64,000 nt of DNA from Eledone cirrhosa (Eukaryota), in NCBI GenBank assembly GCA_964016885.1, contig OZ024746.1, forward strand, positions 6,758,001-6,822,000. The letters run 5' to 3'. Every line of letters begins with the position of its first letter. Position 1 is the first letter of the stretch. Of the stretch, positions 53,371-64,000 are shown in pieces. The notes beneath the pieces are model-generated. The model worked only from the letters and a program-made list of their open reading frames with translations. It was not told the DNA's origin and did not search any database. Both the position numbers and the translations under genes were made by a program.

Positions 53371-54954
53371 ATTGTGATGTGTGCCTCCATATATATATAT
53401 ATAAATGTGTATCATCATCAATTAACGTCATCTTCCATGCTAGCATGGGTTAGACAAGTTTGTCCCATTTAGAGGCAAGTTGGGTTGAGTGACCATATCT
53501 CGCTCATATAGGAGTGTTTCTAGCTGGTTTTCTATGGTTGGATGTCCTTCCTAACGCCAACTACATTGAAAGTGTGGGCTAGGTGCTTTTTGTCGTGACA
53601 CCTACATGATCACTTTACAGTGTAAGCTGGATGTTTATTAATAGTATCGGTAGAGGGTCAGACACCATGCTTTGTAGCATAGAGTTACGTCCCTTTACAG
53701 TCTGAGTTCAAATCCCGCTGAGGTTAACTTTGCCTTTCATCCTTACGAGATAAATAAAATAAAGTACCAGTAATGCACTGGGGGATATTTGCTGGCCTTG
53801 TGCCAAAAGTAGAAACAATTATTATTATTATTACTTGTTTATTAAAGAATTGCTTTGATCATAGAGCACACATGCACCCAAAAACATACTTCTAAAATAA
53901 TAGATAATATATATATATATAGGTAACTGTCTAATAATTACATATAGAATTTTCACACTAACATATACATATTGACATCAATATATAAGAGTACTGCAAT
54001 CGCTTGTCAGATTATAGAAAATGGTGCACTTTTAGGCTATGCCCAGCCACATGAACTTGTAACATATCCTAAACAAGCAATGCCTGTGCTCCCTGAGCAT
54101 CGAAAACACTACTTGAAAAGGAGAACTTGTCAACATCATCGGGTGTTTCCAAAGCCACAGGGTTTTTTTTTTCAGAGTTTCCCTCACTTAGAAAGATGTT
54201 TTGACAACAACTGGGGGCCTTTCACTCCCAGGTGAAGAAAAAAAAAGTACTATTTGGATGGCCGTTGACTCTGCTGAGTTCCTTTGCCCTTTGCCGAGTC
54301 TTGTATTTCATTCTGCAGGGTGTCCAAATATCACCCTCCTCACTAAGCAAACTTGGTGGGGTTGCCGGTTTAGTCGCTGACTACCCGACCATAAGATATC
54401 TTCAATTCAGTATTCATGCCAACCCTCACCTTTTGTCATAAATATTGGGTAATGACTGCAAGAATATGATTGCGAATACAAGTAGCCAAAATGGGGTTCC
54501 CCGAAGAGTCTTTGGAGTAATGTTACTCGATAAAGTGCATAGCTCAGAGATGAGAGAGTCACTCCAAGTAGAGTCACAACTTCTCCGAATTGAAAGATCA
54601 CAGCTCTGATACTATGGGCATGTGATTAGAATGTCTCTGGAAAGAATTGCTGGACAGATTTTATGGGCAAAACAAACTGACAGGAGACCCAGGGGTAGAC
54701 CCCAAGCAAGATGGTTGGGGGTGGAATAAGATGGGGGGGGGTCTGAAAAATTAATAAGCAGTTGGAGGAGGATTATTATTGGAGACCTGAGCGTATGTTG
54801 GCAACAAAGGTGTTCTCTCTCTGAACAGAATTCCTGTGTATAATTGTTTCTACTTTAGGCACAAAGCCAGCAATTACCCAGTACATTACTGGTACTTTAT
54901 TTTATCGACCCCGTAAGGATGAAAGGCAAAGTTAACCACGACGGGATTTGAACT

Positions 54955-56525
54955 AGTACCTAGCTAAAAGTAAGCCACTCTACTTGGCATTTGTCGACCT
55001 TGAGAAAGCCTTTGACAGAGTTCCACGTGCAGTAATCTGGTGGGCTCTTAGAAAACTAGGAGTAGATGAATGGCTTGTGAAAGCGGTACAAGCCATGTAT
55101 AGGGGAGCAGTCAGCAAAGTTAGGATTGGCAATGAGTATAGCGAGGAATTTAGCGTACAGGTTGGGGTCCACCAGGGCTCTGTTCTTAGCCCTCTCCTGT
55201 TCATCATAGTCCTGCAGGCAATAACGGAGGAGTTTAAGACCGGATGCCCATGGGAACTCCTGTATGCTGATGACCTCGCACTCATAGCTGAATCTATGGT
55301 AGAACTAGAGAATAAATTCCAAACCTGGAAGCAGGGACTAGAGAGAAAGGGCCTCAAAGTCAACATGACAAAGACTAAGGTCCTTATAAGTAGACGAGAA
55401 AACAGAACCCAGATCCCCTCAGGGAAATGGCCTTGCTCAGTATGTAGGAAAGGTGTAGGTAGGAACTCCATTCTTTGCCCCAAATGCAAACAATGGGTAC
55501 ACAAGAGATGTAGCGGGATCTCAGGAAGCTTAATTAAGAATGTAGGATTCACATGCAGCAGCTGTGCTGAAACAGCAAGCAAACAGCCACAGGAAACAAG
55601 TACCACCAATCTCTGGGAGGGCCCTGTAGAAACAGTAGACAGCTTCTGCTACCTAGGTGACCGAATTAGCAACGGAGGTGGGTGCTCAGAAAGTACAATA
55701 ACTAGGGTAAGAACGGGATGGAAGAAGTTTAGGGAACTACTACCACTGCTAGCTGCAAAAGGCTTCTCCCTCAGAATGAAAGGCAGACTGTATGATGCAT
55801 GTATCCGAACAGCGATGTTGCATGGTAGTGAGACCTGGGCGCTGAAGGTGGAAGACTTACGTAGATTAGAGAGAAACGAAGCCTGCATGCTCCGATGGAT
55901 GTGTAACAGTAATATACGTGAACGACAAAGCATAAATGAATTGAGAGAGAGACTGAGCATAAGAGGAATCAAATGCTGCGTGCAGGAGAGGCGGTTACGC
56001 TGGTATGGACATGTGATGCGTATGAAGGATGACAGCTGCATAAAAAGGTGCAGAGCACTAGAAGTTGATGGAAACCGCGGAGTGGGGAGACCCAAGATGA
56101 CTTGGGATGAGGTGATAAAAGCCGACCTTACCCAACTACACCTCTCAAAGTCAATGACACACGACCGTGACTTCTGGCGTCACGCAGTAATACAGGGTAC
56201 CCGACCTCCCATGGGTACATGCTGAAGCATATAAACAATATGCCCCCCCCCCCCACCGCAAGGTGGTCGTGGAGGTGCCACGGCAAAAAAGCACCCAGCC
56301 CACACTGTAAAGTGGACGTGTAGGCGCCACGAAAAAGCACCCAGCACTCACTGTAAATGAGGTTGGTGTTAGGAAGGGCATCCAGCTGTAGAAATCAAGC
56401 CAGATCAGTTCCTGTATGAGCAAGGCATGGTCAGCCGACCAGACACTGCCCACAACAGGACAACCCGTCTAACCCATGCTAGCGTGGAAGAACGGACGTA
56501 AAACGGTGATGATGATGATGATGAT
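54955..56525 (+). mobile_element. 5'-truncated RTE LINE (open 413-aa RT C-terminus plus PHD-like finger), inserted into a SINE A
   Basis: ORF 54984-56225 with FVDLEKAFDRV, GVHQGSVLSPLLF and YADD. Long 3' UTR and (GAT)n tail; SINE A halves on both sides. Confidence 0.95.
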
Positions 56526-58394
56526 GACTGTAAAGGAACGTAACTATGCTAGAAAGCATGGCGTCCAACCCTCTACCAATACTGCCAATTCACCGCTCCT
56601 GTGTATAATGATGTGTGATGTTACATGGTAGTGAGATCATCATCATCATCGTTTAAAGTCTATCTTCCATGCTAGCGTGGGTTTAGACGGGAATAGTCCC
56701 ACTTGAGGCAAGGTTTGTCGGGTGACCGTGTCTCGCTCATATAGGACTGTCTGGCAGATAGGACTACGGCTGGATGCCCTTCCTGACACCAACCACATTT
56801 ACAGATGTGGACATTAAACACAGAGGATATGTAATGGTTACAATGACCTGAAGTGATCATGCTCTGTTAAATGTATTATGTTAGTGTATATGAATGACAA
56901 AGTATAGATGTGTTATGAGAAACATATGTAGTGAACAAGAGAGAAAATTACACTGGTAGGGACATGTAATGCATTTGGATGATGATTGCTGCATGAAGTG
57001 GTTGGAGTTACAAGTAAAAGGATGGTAGAGATAAGCCGGGGAATACATGGGCAGATATGTAGCTTTCATTGTTCAGATAAATTACTTCAGTTTCCTGTTA
57101 TTGTCTTGAATAATTAGAATTCAACATCTGCTGAATTTGTAAATGTATTTCTTAACTGGTTTTCAGAAATTCAGGTTGATCAGACCTGTTAAAAGCTCTC
57201 AGAGTGCCTCTTACAAGCTGCTGATCCACAAAAATAGAGTCGAAGAGAGAAAATGGAAACTGTATGATGTGTGCCAAGGAACTTGATTTCCATCTAAGTT
57301 AGAAATAATATACAAAACTCCTGGCAATACATCTCCTCAGTTTACATTGAGCAAAGAAAAGGCTTGCTTTGAGAAGTTCTACAATTTCGGTAAAATTTAT
57401 TGATTAAATTTTTTTTTTTTTAATTTACCTGTAAACTCAAAGGTAACATTATTAAATAACAAATGTTCTGATAATCTGCATATGTCGAAAATATGAACTG
57501 TAACATTGTTGAACATTGTGCAGACATCATCATTTTTACATCGGTTTTTCCATGCTTGGGGCGTGCAGGCATAGCATCTCTCCACACATCACATTCCTTC
57601 ATCATCTCCTCTGCAAATCTCGGTGATTTAAGGTCAGCTCTCACCACCTGTGCCAGGGTCTTTCTCTGTCTACCTCAACTGTGGCTTCCTTCCACTGGCA
57701 TTTCCTGGCACTTCTTCACCTAATGATCATCATCCATATGCATGATCATCAAACTGATAAGAACCGTTAAACTATGGTGAAAGTGAAATATTTTGGAGTG
57801 AAAATACTTGGAGCACAATGTTGCAAAAAGAATTTCTGGTGTTTGTGTGGCTATAAAGTTACTAATTGTTTTAATTTATAACTAACAACATTCCTTTCAA
57901 TGGGGTGATAACATACATAGTTCAATAATAATTGGTTATGAGAATTTTTCTATTTATTCAAAGCATAATATGCTGATTTGTGTATGAATGAAAAATAAGA
58001 ACAAAAGAGATTGGTGTTTGATGAAGGTGACAGACCCACACAGATGTATATATATATCTAAAGATTATTAAAAATAAGATGGTTGGATAACATCCTTTGA
58101 CTGGTCTCACTTGGGGATCCAGATCAGTTGGAGACGGTTATTTCTGACAGGACCTACTCATTGGAAGCAGTATTTGAGGACTCTGCCCTCGTGACCCTCT
58201 CAGGAATAAGTGGGAGGAGGAGGAGGCGGACAAAAGTAAGATTTTTTTTCTATTTATTATCTCTATTTCTTTTTGCCACAAAACATGCTGTAAGAATTAT
58301 GTTTCTAGTAATAATTGTTTCTACTTTAGGCACGTGACTTGCTTTTGTCAAGGGAGAGTCAAATTGTTTGCACTGCCTCTTATTATATATATAT

Positions 58395-58837
58395 ATCATC
58401 ATCATCATCACCATTTTACGTCCGTTCTTCCACGTTAGCATGGGTTAGACGGGTTGTCCTGTTTTGGGCAGTGTCCGGTCAGCTGACCTTGTCTTGCTCA
58501 TACGGGAACTGATTCTGGCTTGATTTCCACAGCTGGATGCCCTTCCTAACACCAACCTCATTTACAGTGAGTGCTGGGTGCTTTTTTGCCGTGGCACCTC
58601 CATGACCACTTTGGAGTGTGGGCTGGGTGCTTTTTTGCCGTGGCACCTACACGACCACTTTTGCAGTGGAATGATAGGGACCCCAGTCCTATCATCTCAT
58701 TTCTACAGCTGAGTAAACTGAAGCAATGTGAAATAAAGTGTCTTGCTCAAGGAAACAACACATCACCCAGTCTGAGAATTATACTCAAAACCTTTCGATT
58801 GCAAGGCCAATGCTCTAACCACTAAGCCATGTGCCTC
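58395..58837 (-). mobile_element. SINE family B (long RTE tail variant)
   Basis: Same head and body as 5954-6296 but with tail ...CCCATGCTAACGTGGAAGAACGGACGTAAAATGGTGATG. Confidence 0.85.
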
Positions 58838-59453
58838 TCTCTATATATATATTAGTGTAGTTAATACGAAACATTGTGATAATATTTAAAAAGCTGGTAC
58901 AATACAGTAGAAAAATACAAAGGGCAAATGATGACAAACAAAACAAATATAATATATATACAGAAGACCCACCTTCCCTTGAATACAAACTTAAACCTAC
59001 AGTCAGTAGGCACCTCTTAACTCAATATACACCCCACTCCACACACCATACTCCATCCTCCCACTTCTGTCCCCTGTAAAGCGGTCATGTAGGTGTCATG
59101 ACAAAAAGGCTCCCAGTCCACACTGTAAATGTGGCTGGTGTTAGGAAGGGCATCCAACTGTAAAAATCTGCTAGAAACACTTCTGTATGAGCAAGACACA
59201 GTCACCTGACCAATCTTGGCTCAAGTGGGACAAACCCATCCAACCCATACGTGGAAGATGGATGTTAAACAATGATGATGATGATAATATATATATATGG
59301 ACACTGCCAGGTGGCGATAGCTGCCGGTGTTTCTGCATAGCTACGGCTTTCTAAATGTTTATCTATAAACATACCACATTTTTCTAGAAATATGAAATTC
59401 CAATACATATCTCTATACAGCTATGCTCGAAGCTAAATTCTAATTCTCTCTCT

Positions 59454-59781
59454 ATCATCATCATCATTTTACGTCCGCTTTTCCCTGCTTGCAAGGGTGG
59501 GATGGGAACTGATTCTGGCCAGATTTCTACAGCTGGATGCCCTTCCTAACACCAACCTCATTTACAGTGTGGGCCGGGTGCTTTTTTGCCGTGGCACCTC
59601 CACGACCACTTTGCAGTGGAATGATAGGGACCCCAGTCCTATCATCTCATTTCTACAGCTGAGTAAACTGGAGCAATGTGAAATAAAGTGTCTTGTTCAA
59701 GGAAACAACACATCACCCGGTCTGAGAATTGAACTCATAACCTTTCGATTGCAAGCCCAATGCCACTAAGCCATGTGCCTC
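59454..59781 (-). mobile_element. SINE family B (short RTE tail)
   Basis: Reverse-complement homology to 5954-6296. Confidence 0.85.
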
Positions 59782-62700
59782 TCTATATATATTATCAATG
59801 CCTTAAAACTGCAGAATACATTCTATAAATTTCTAAACAACAGATTGTACTGGAGAAAAACCACAAAAAAAAAGAATTTGCCAATAATTTTCGCTTTTTC
59901 TTCCACAACAAAAAATAGGTAGAGAAAGCAAGACAGTATTGAGAGTTCCAGATGGGCAGGTAAATCAAAGAAGTGTATCAGAAGCAACAGGTAAAACAGA
60001 AAAATGAGAGTTCCTTATATTATTGGTCGATGTATTCAAAATTGAGATCAGAAAACATACCAAACTTTTCACATTGGATCAGAATTATTAATCATACACA
60101 AATGTGACCGTCATAGCTTACATTTTGTTATTGAACTTTTAAATGTATCTATCAGAAATAATTGAAATATCAATTCAAAGTTTTTGAAAAGCTGGCAATG
60201 CAGCTGGCTAAATAAAATTGAGGAAGCAACACATTGTCAGCTCTGTCATATCTTTAACAAAAATAAAAATTATTGCAAGAAAGTGGTGTTTCTAACAGCA
60301 AAGATGAACAAGAGAGTTTAGTTTGTTATAGAGCAAGATGAAATACAAAGACAGTAGAATGAGAAAAATATCTCTAATTAATACTTTGATATATCATCAT
60401 CATCAACATCCATTTTATGTCTGCTTTCCCATGCTTGCATGGGTATTTATCAGCACAGTATCTCTCCACTTGTCGTATGCCTTTGTCATCTCGTCTGTTA
60501 GCTTTTCATATTTGAAATCAGCTCTCACCACCTCTTCCTAGGTCTTACTCTACTGTTGCGCCCTTCCACTGGAAGTTTTGGCCCCATCTTCAACCGGCAA
60601 TCATTGGATGAATGATGGGATTCAATCCAGTGATGAATGTCATGAAGAGAAATGGAATGAGATGGTTGGGTCATGTGTTGAGGATGAATGAAAGTGACTG
60701 GGTGAGAGGAGCGATAGAAATGAAGGTGGAAGGGAGTAGAGGAAGGAGAATGATATGGCTAAAGATGATGGAGGAGGAAATGTAAACCAAGGAAGTGGTG
60801 AGGGTGGTGCAGAAGATAGGACAAAATGGAGAAGCTTGTTATGGGACCTGCAACACTAACCCCTCCTTGCACAGGGAGGACAGCCTTAAAATTCTACACT
60901 ATTCTACAATGTAACATGCATTATGACACCTACTCTCCACATTCAAAAACAATCTCCACAAGGCAGCAATATTTAAGTATAAGACTATAAGACTGATAAA
61001 TAATATGTTATTTATCAGTATCTACATCTTTACCAATATTTACAATACTAGACTGGGCTGCTATGGAAGTCTGGTTAGTTGACATTGAAAAGTATCAATG
61101 TTTTTACCAATATTCTGGCATCAATATTTACAATACTGGACTGGGCTGTGGAACTCTGGTTAGTTAACATTGAAATCTGTAAGATTCTACAGAAATTATG
61201 ATATTCATATTCCTGGACTATCTCTGAAAGAAAGATGAAGGAGGAGACTTACAGTCAGTCCAGACAGTCTTTGAGTGTTGTATGGTGCTGTCACTCTGAC
61301 AGAAACCTTCTAAACAATAACAACAATAACAAATATACCAATCAAATAATAATTGTTTCTACTTTAGGCACAAGGCCAGCAATTACCCAGTGCATTACTG
61401 GTACTTTATTTTATCGACTCCGTAAGGATGAAAGGCAAAGTCAACCTCGGTGAGATTTGAACTCAGATCGTAAAGTGGTGTAACTATGCTGGAAAGCATG
61501 GCGTCCGACCCTCTACCGATACTGCCAATCCACCGCCCTTCAATCAAATAATAATGGATACACAATATCTCATAGTTTTGGATTCAAGTTCTGCTAGAGT
61601 CAACTTAGACATCAACTCTTTTAGGATAATTATATGCTCTAGTGAGAGAGTAAGAAGAAAAAATTATAATAATGCTAAGGTAAAAACACACTTCGATCAC
61701 AAATGACCATGGGTTTTACACCTGGAAAGTTCCCTTCTGAGGCACAAGCCTGGGCAAAGTGTTTTTGTGGAAGACCAGCAGTCACCCATGCACAACAATC
61801 TTCATATTCATAATATACTCTCTTTCAATTCAATAATGTAAAATGTTGAATGATTTACTTATATTTGTTCCTAATATAATAACTTCACATATTTATTTAG
61901 GAATTGTTTAAAATGGGTGATTTTATTTCATAGAACCAGGACTCATTTTGACTGAGTTGGTATGAAAAGGGTTAACGATATGACAGAGCTTACAATATGT
62001 TGCTTCTTCAATTTTATTTGGTCAGTTGCATTACCAGCTTTTCAAAAGCTTTAATGGTGATTTTAGTTTGTTATACAGCAAGAAACTGGATTAGAGATTC
62101 AATTGATGTTGACGAGTAGCCATAGTTTGGCTTCAGTAGATATATATGGATGTGGTAAGGGTGTTGGACTTATGATCATAATCTCATAGGTTCAATTCCT
62201 AGGCTGGGCTGTGTGCTGTGTTCTTGAATTTACATTGCTTCACAATACTCAGCTGAAAATGAGCACCAACAATAGTTGGGAGTTTAACCCTGCAATGGAC
62301 TGGTGTCCTGTCCAGAGGGGAGTCTTGTTCTTTCAGTTGCTTCAGCCCATGAAACTGGGATAAGCACTGATCTGATGAGTCTTGTGGCTTGAGAGACTTT
62401 AGACTTGAGATATATATAACATGAAGTTAATCCCTTGAACATTGGGGAGAAAATATATAAATTCCTCAGATAGGATATGCCATGAATTGGTATTACCTGA
62501 ATATTTACTAGATGCTCCCTCATGTAGCTTTTGGATGGGGAGAGTGCATTGTCATAAAAAAATGTTATATTCTGCACAGGCTACTTTTCTACATCAAGAA
62601 ATAATTATGGTGACTAGAGCAGTGATAATAGAGGTAAACAAAGTAAGGGTTATTGAGGTTTTATTGTAAAGGAATGGCCTTATAACCTATTTGGTGTAGA

Positions 62701-62890
62701 CGTGTGTTTAGAATAGGATACACAATAAAATAGGGGCTTCATTAGTTTATTCTTATTCTAACAGTATTCAAAGGTTCTGTTAAAATATGATTAGCTGGAC
62801 ATGGATTAGTAAGGCTGGGGTTAGTTAAACTATGTCCTATTCATATATAAATAGTTATTGCTTTTATATAATCAATTTCATATCATATAC

Positions 62891-63053
62891 CAATCATGGG
62901 CAACTGTGGCCTGTGGGCCTCATATGGCCCGTTTGGCTTTCTGAATAACATGCCTAATTTCAAAACCGCCTTCAATATTTTAGTAGTCTAGCCCACCATA
63001 TGATACAACACATCCTATGCGACCCACTGCTTGAAAAAGGTTGCCCGTGTCTG
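62891..63053. mobile_element. hAT (Charlie/MER30-like) MITE
   Basis: Imperfect TIRs CAATCATGGGCAAC...GTTGCCCGTGTCTG and an exact 8-bp TSD TCATATAC (62883-62890, 63054-63061). Confidence 0.85.
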
Positions 63054-63410
63054 TCATATACTCAACTCTCTGTTCTATACAAGCACATATAATTGTTTCT
63101 ACTATTGGCGCAAGGCCAGCAATTACCCAGTACATTACTGGTACTTTATTTTATCAACCCCGTAAGGATGAAAGGCAAAGTTAACCTCGGTGGGATTTGA
63201 ACTCAGTCCATAAAGGGACGTAACTCTATGCTGCAAGGCATGGCGTCCGACCCTCTACTGCCAATCCACCGCCCTCCACGCACATATAATGAAGTTCTCA
63301 ACAGTCCACAACTTGTGGACATTTAAAAGAAAATATCAAATAATATAACAAATAACAGCTGTGAAAAGCTGATCATTTTAAAAAGATTTCAAGTGTTAAG
63401 CAATATTTAC

Positions 63411-63444
63411 CATCTTCAATATATCCATCTTCATCAGTTTTCGA
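63411..63444 (-). CDS. TRAF3IP1: TRAF3IP1 short exon (34 nt)
   Basis: ttcttttttattttag|TCGAAAACTGATGAAGATGGATATATTGAAGATG|gtaaat. Acidic SKTDEDGYIEDG; its phase-1 end joins the next exon to give the conserved GGLV motif. Confidence 0.75.
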
Positions 63445-64000
63445 CTAAAATAAAAAAGAAAGGAGGGATATTAAAATCAGGTGAAATTATATCTTATCAA
63501 GATATCAGCTAGGTTATTATTATTATTTTATACACTATAGCAATTAAATGTAAGAGAAAATCATTTTAAATTATAAAAATATTGTTGAGTTTATTATCAG
63601 AAATAGATTTATTCTAGAGGGAACAACATATTATTTTATAAAAAAAACGTGTGTATGTATGGACATTAAATAACGATGATGATGGTGGTGATGGTGGTGA
63701 TGGTGATGATAATTCCTTATCATCCGTCTCGTCCATGTTTCCATATTAGCAGGGACTGGGTGAGATTTCAAGGCAGAATTCTACAGCCAGGCACCCTTCC
63801 TAATTTCACCCTTCATATTTGCTTTTTAAGTAAAGTATGGATCTTTGTAGCTAGAACTACTGAACAGCAGGGTCTCTGTTTAATATAGAATGTAAATACC
63901 ACTGAATGTGGAGAACAAATAAACACACACACAAGTGGGGGGGGGGGGGACATGCAAAAAGAGAAGCAATAAGAATAAGTCAAGTCAACTAATGGCAAGA

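Larger units (their letters stand above)
801..63444 (-). other. TRAF3IP1: TRAF3IP1/IFT54 (MIP-T3) gene, 3' portion (last four coding exons; 5' part lies beyond the window)
   Basis: Spliced translation SKTDEDGYIEDGGLVNKLLETKKELEG...[33 protein letters not shown]...EITEKALQPLKLQLTTLDHAIKDQLEIIATIKANVIRNDSRIEAMLHSVAKL* matches the IFT54 C-terminal coiled coil as I recall it ([42 protein letters not shown]). GT-AG introns have consistent phases 1, 0, 2. Confidence 0.92.

Noticed and set aside
62372-62400. CTGATGAGTC..GGCTTGAGA as a hammerhead
   Set aside because: Lacks GAAA and stems I and III; it is the SINE C tail, also seen at about 34380.

Overview
AT-rich, repeat-dense animal genomic DNA. 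The microsatellite, SINE and RTE landscape resembles an octopus or other coleoid cephalopod (inference, not proven). The window holds the 3' end of a minus-strand TRAF3IP1/IFT54 (MIP-T3) gene: four small phase-consistent exons (63411-63444, 40304-40386, 13168-13391, 801-957) separated by 12-27 kb introns. The introns contain RTE LINEs (two long copies with a PHD-like finger), several tRNA-derived SINE families, a DD37D mariner-like element, piggyBac/hAT/mariner MITEs, R4/Dong-like and Tigger-like relics, and five minisatellite arrays. The long ORFs over those arrays are artefacts. The most notable signal is a set of type-I hammerhead ribozyme motifs from three sequence families. One family is directly linked to a Penelope-like GIY-YIG relic, and all sit in (TA)n tracts. 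Four motifs with complete cores lie in the sense of the host pre-mRNA, each with an antisense partner. One sits in a perfect 128-bp palindrome and one carries a compensatory U3-A8 core. Other highlights: an 11-bp direct repeat bracketing a 3.3-kb CCAAT-containing array, SINE 3'-tail swapping between two RTE subfamilies, and an ATTAT target preference in one SINE family. All calls were made by eye; repeat boundaries are approximate.
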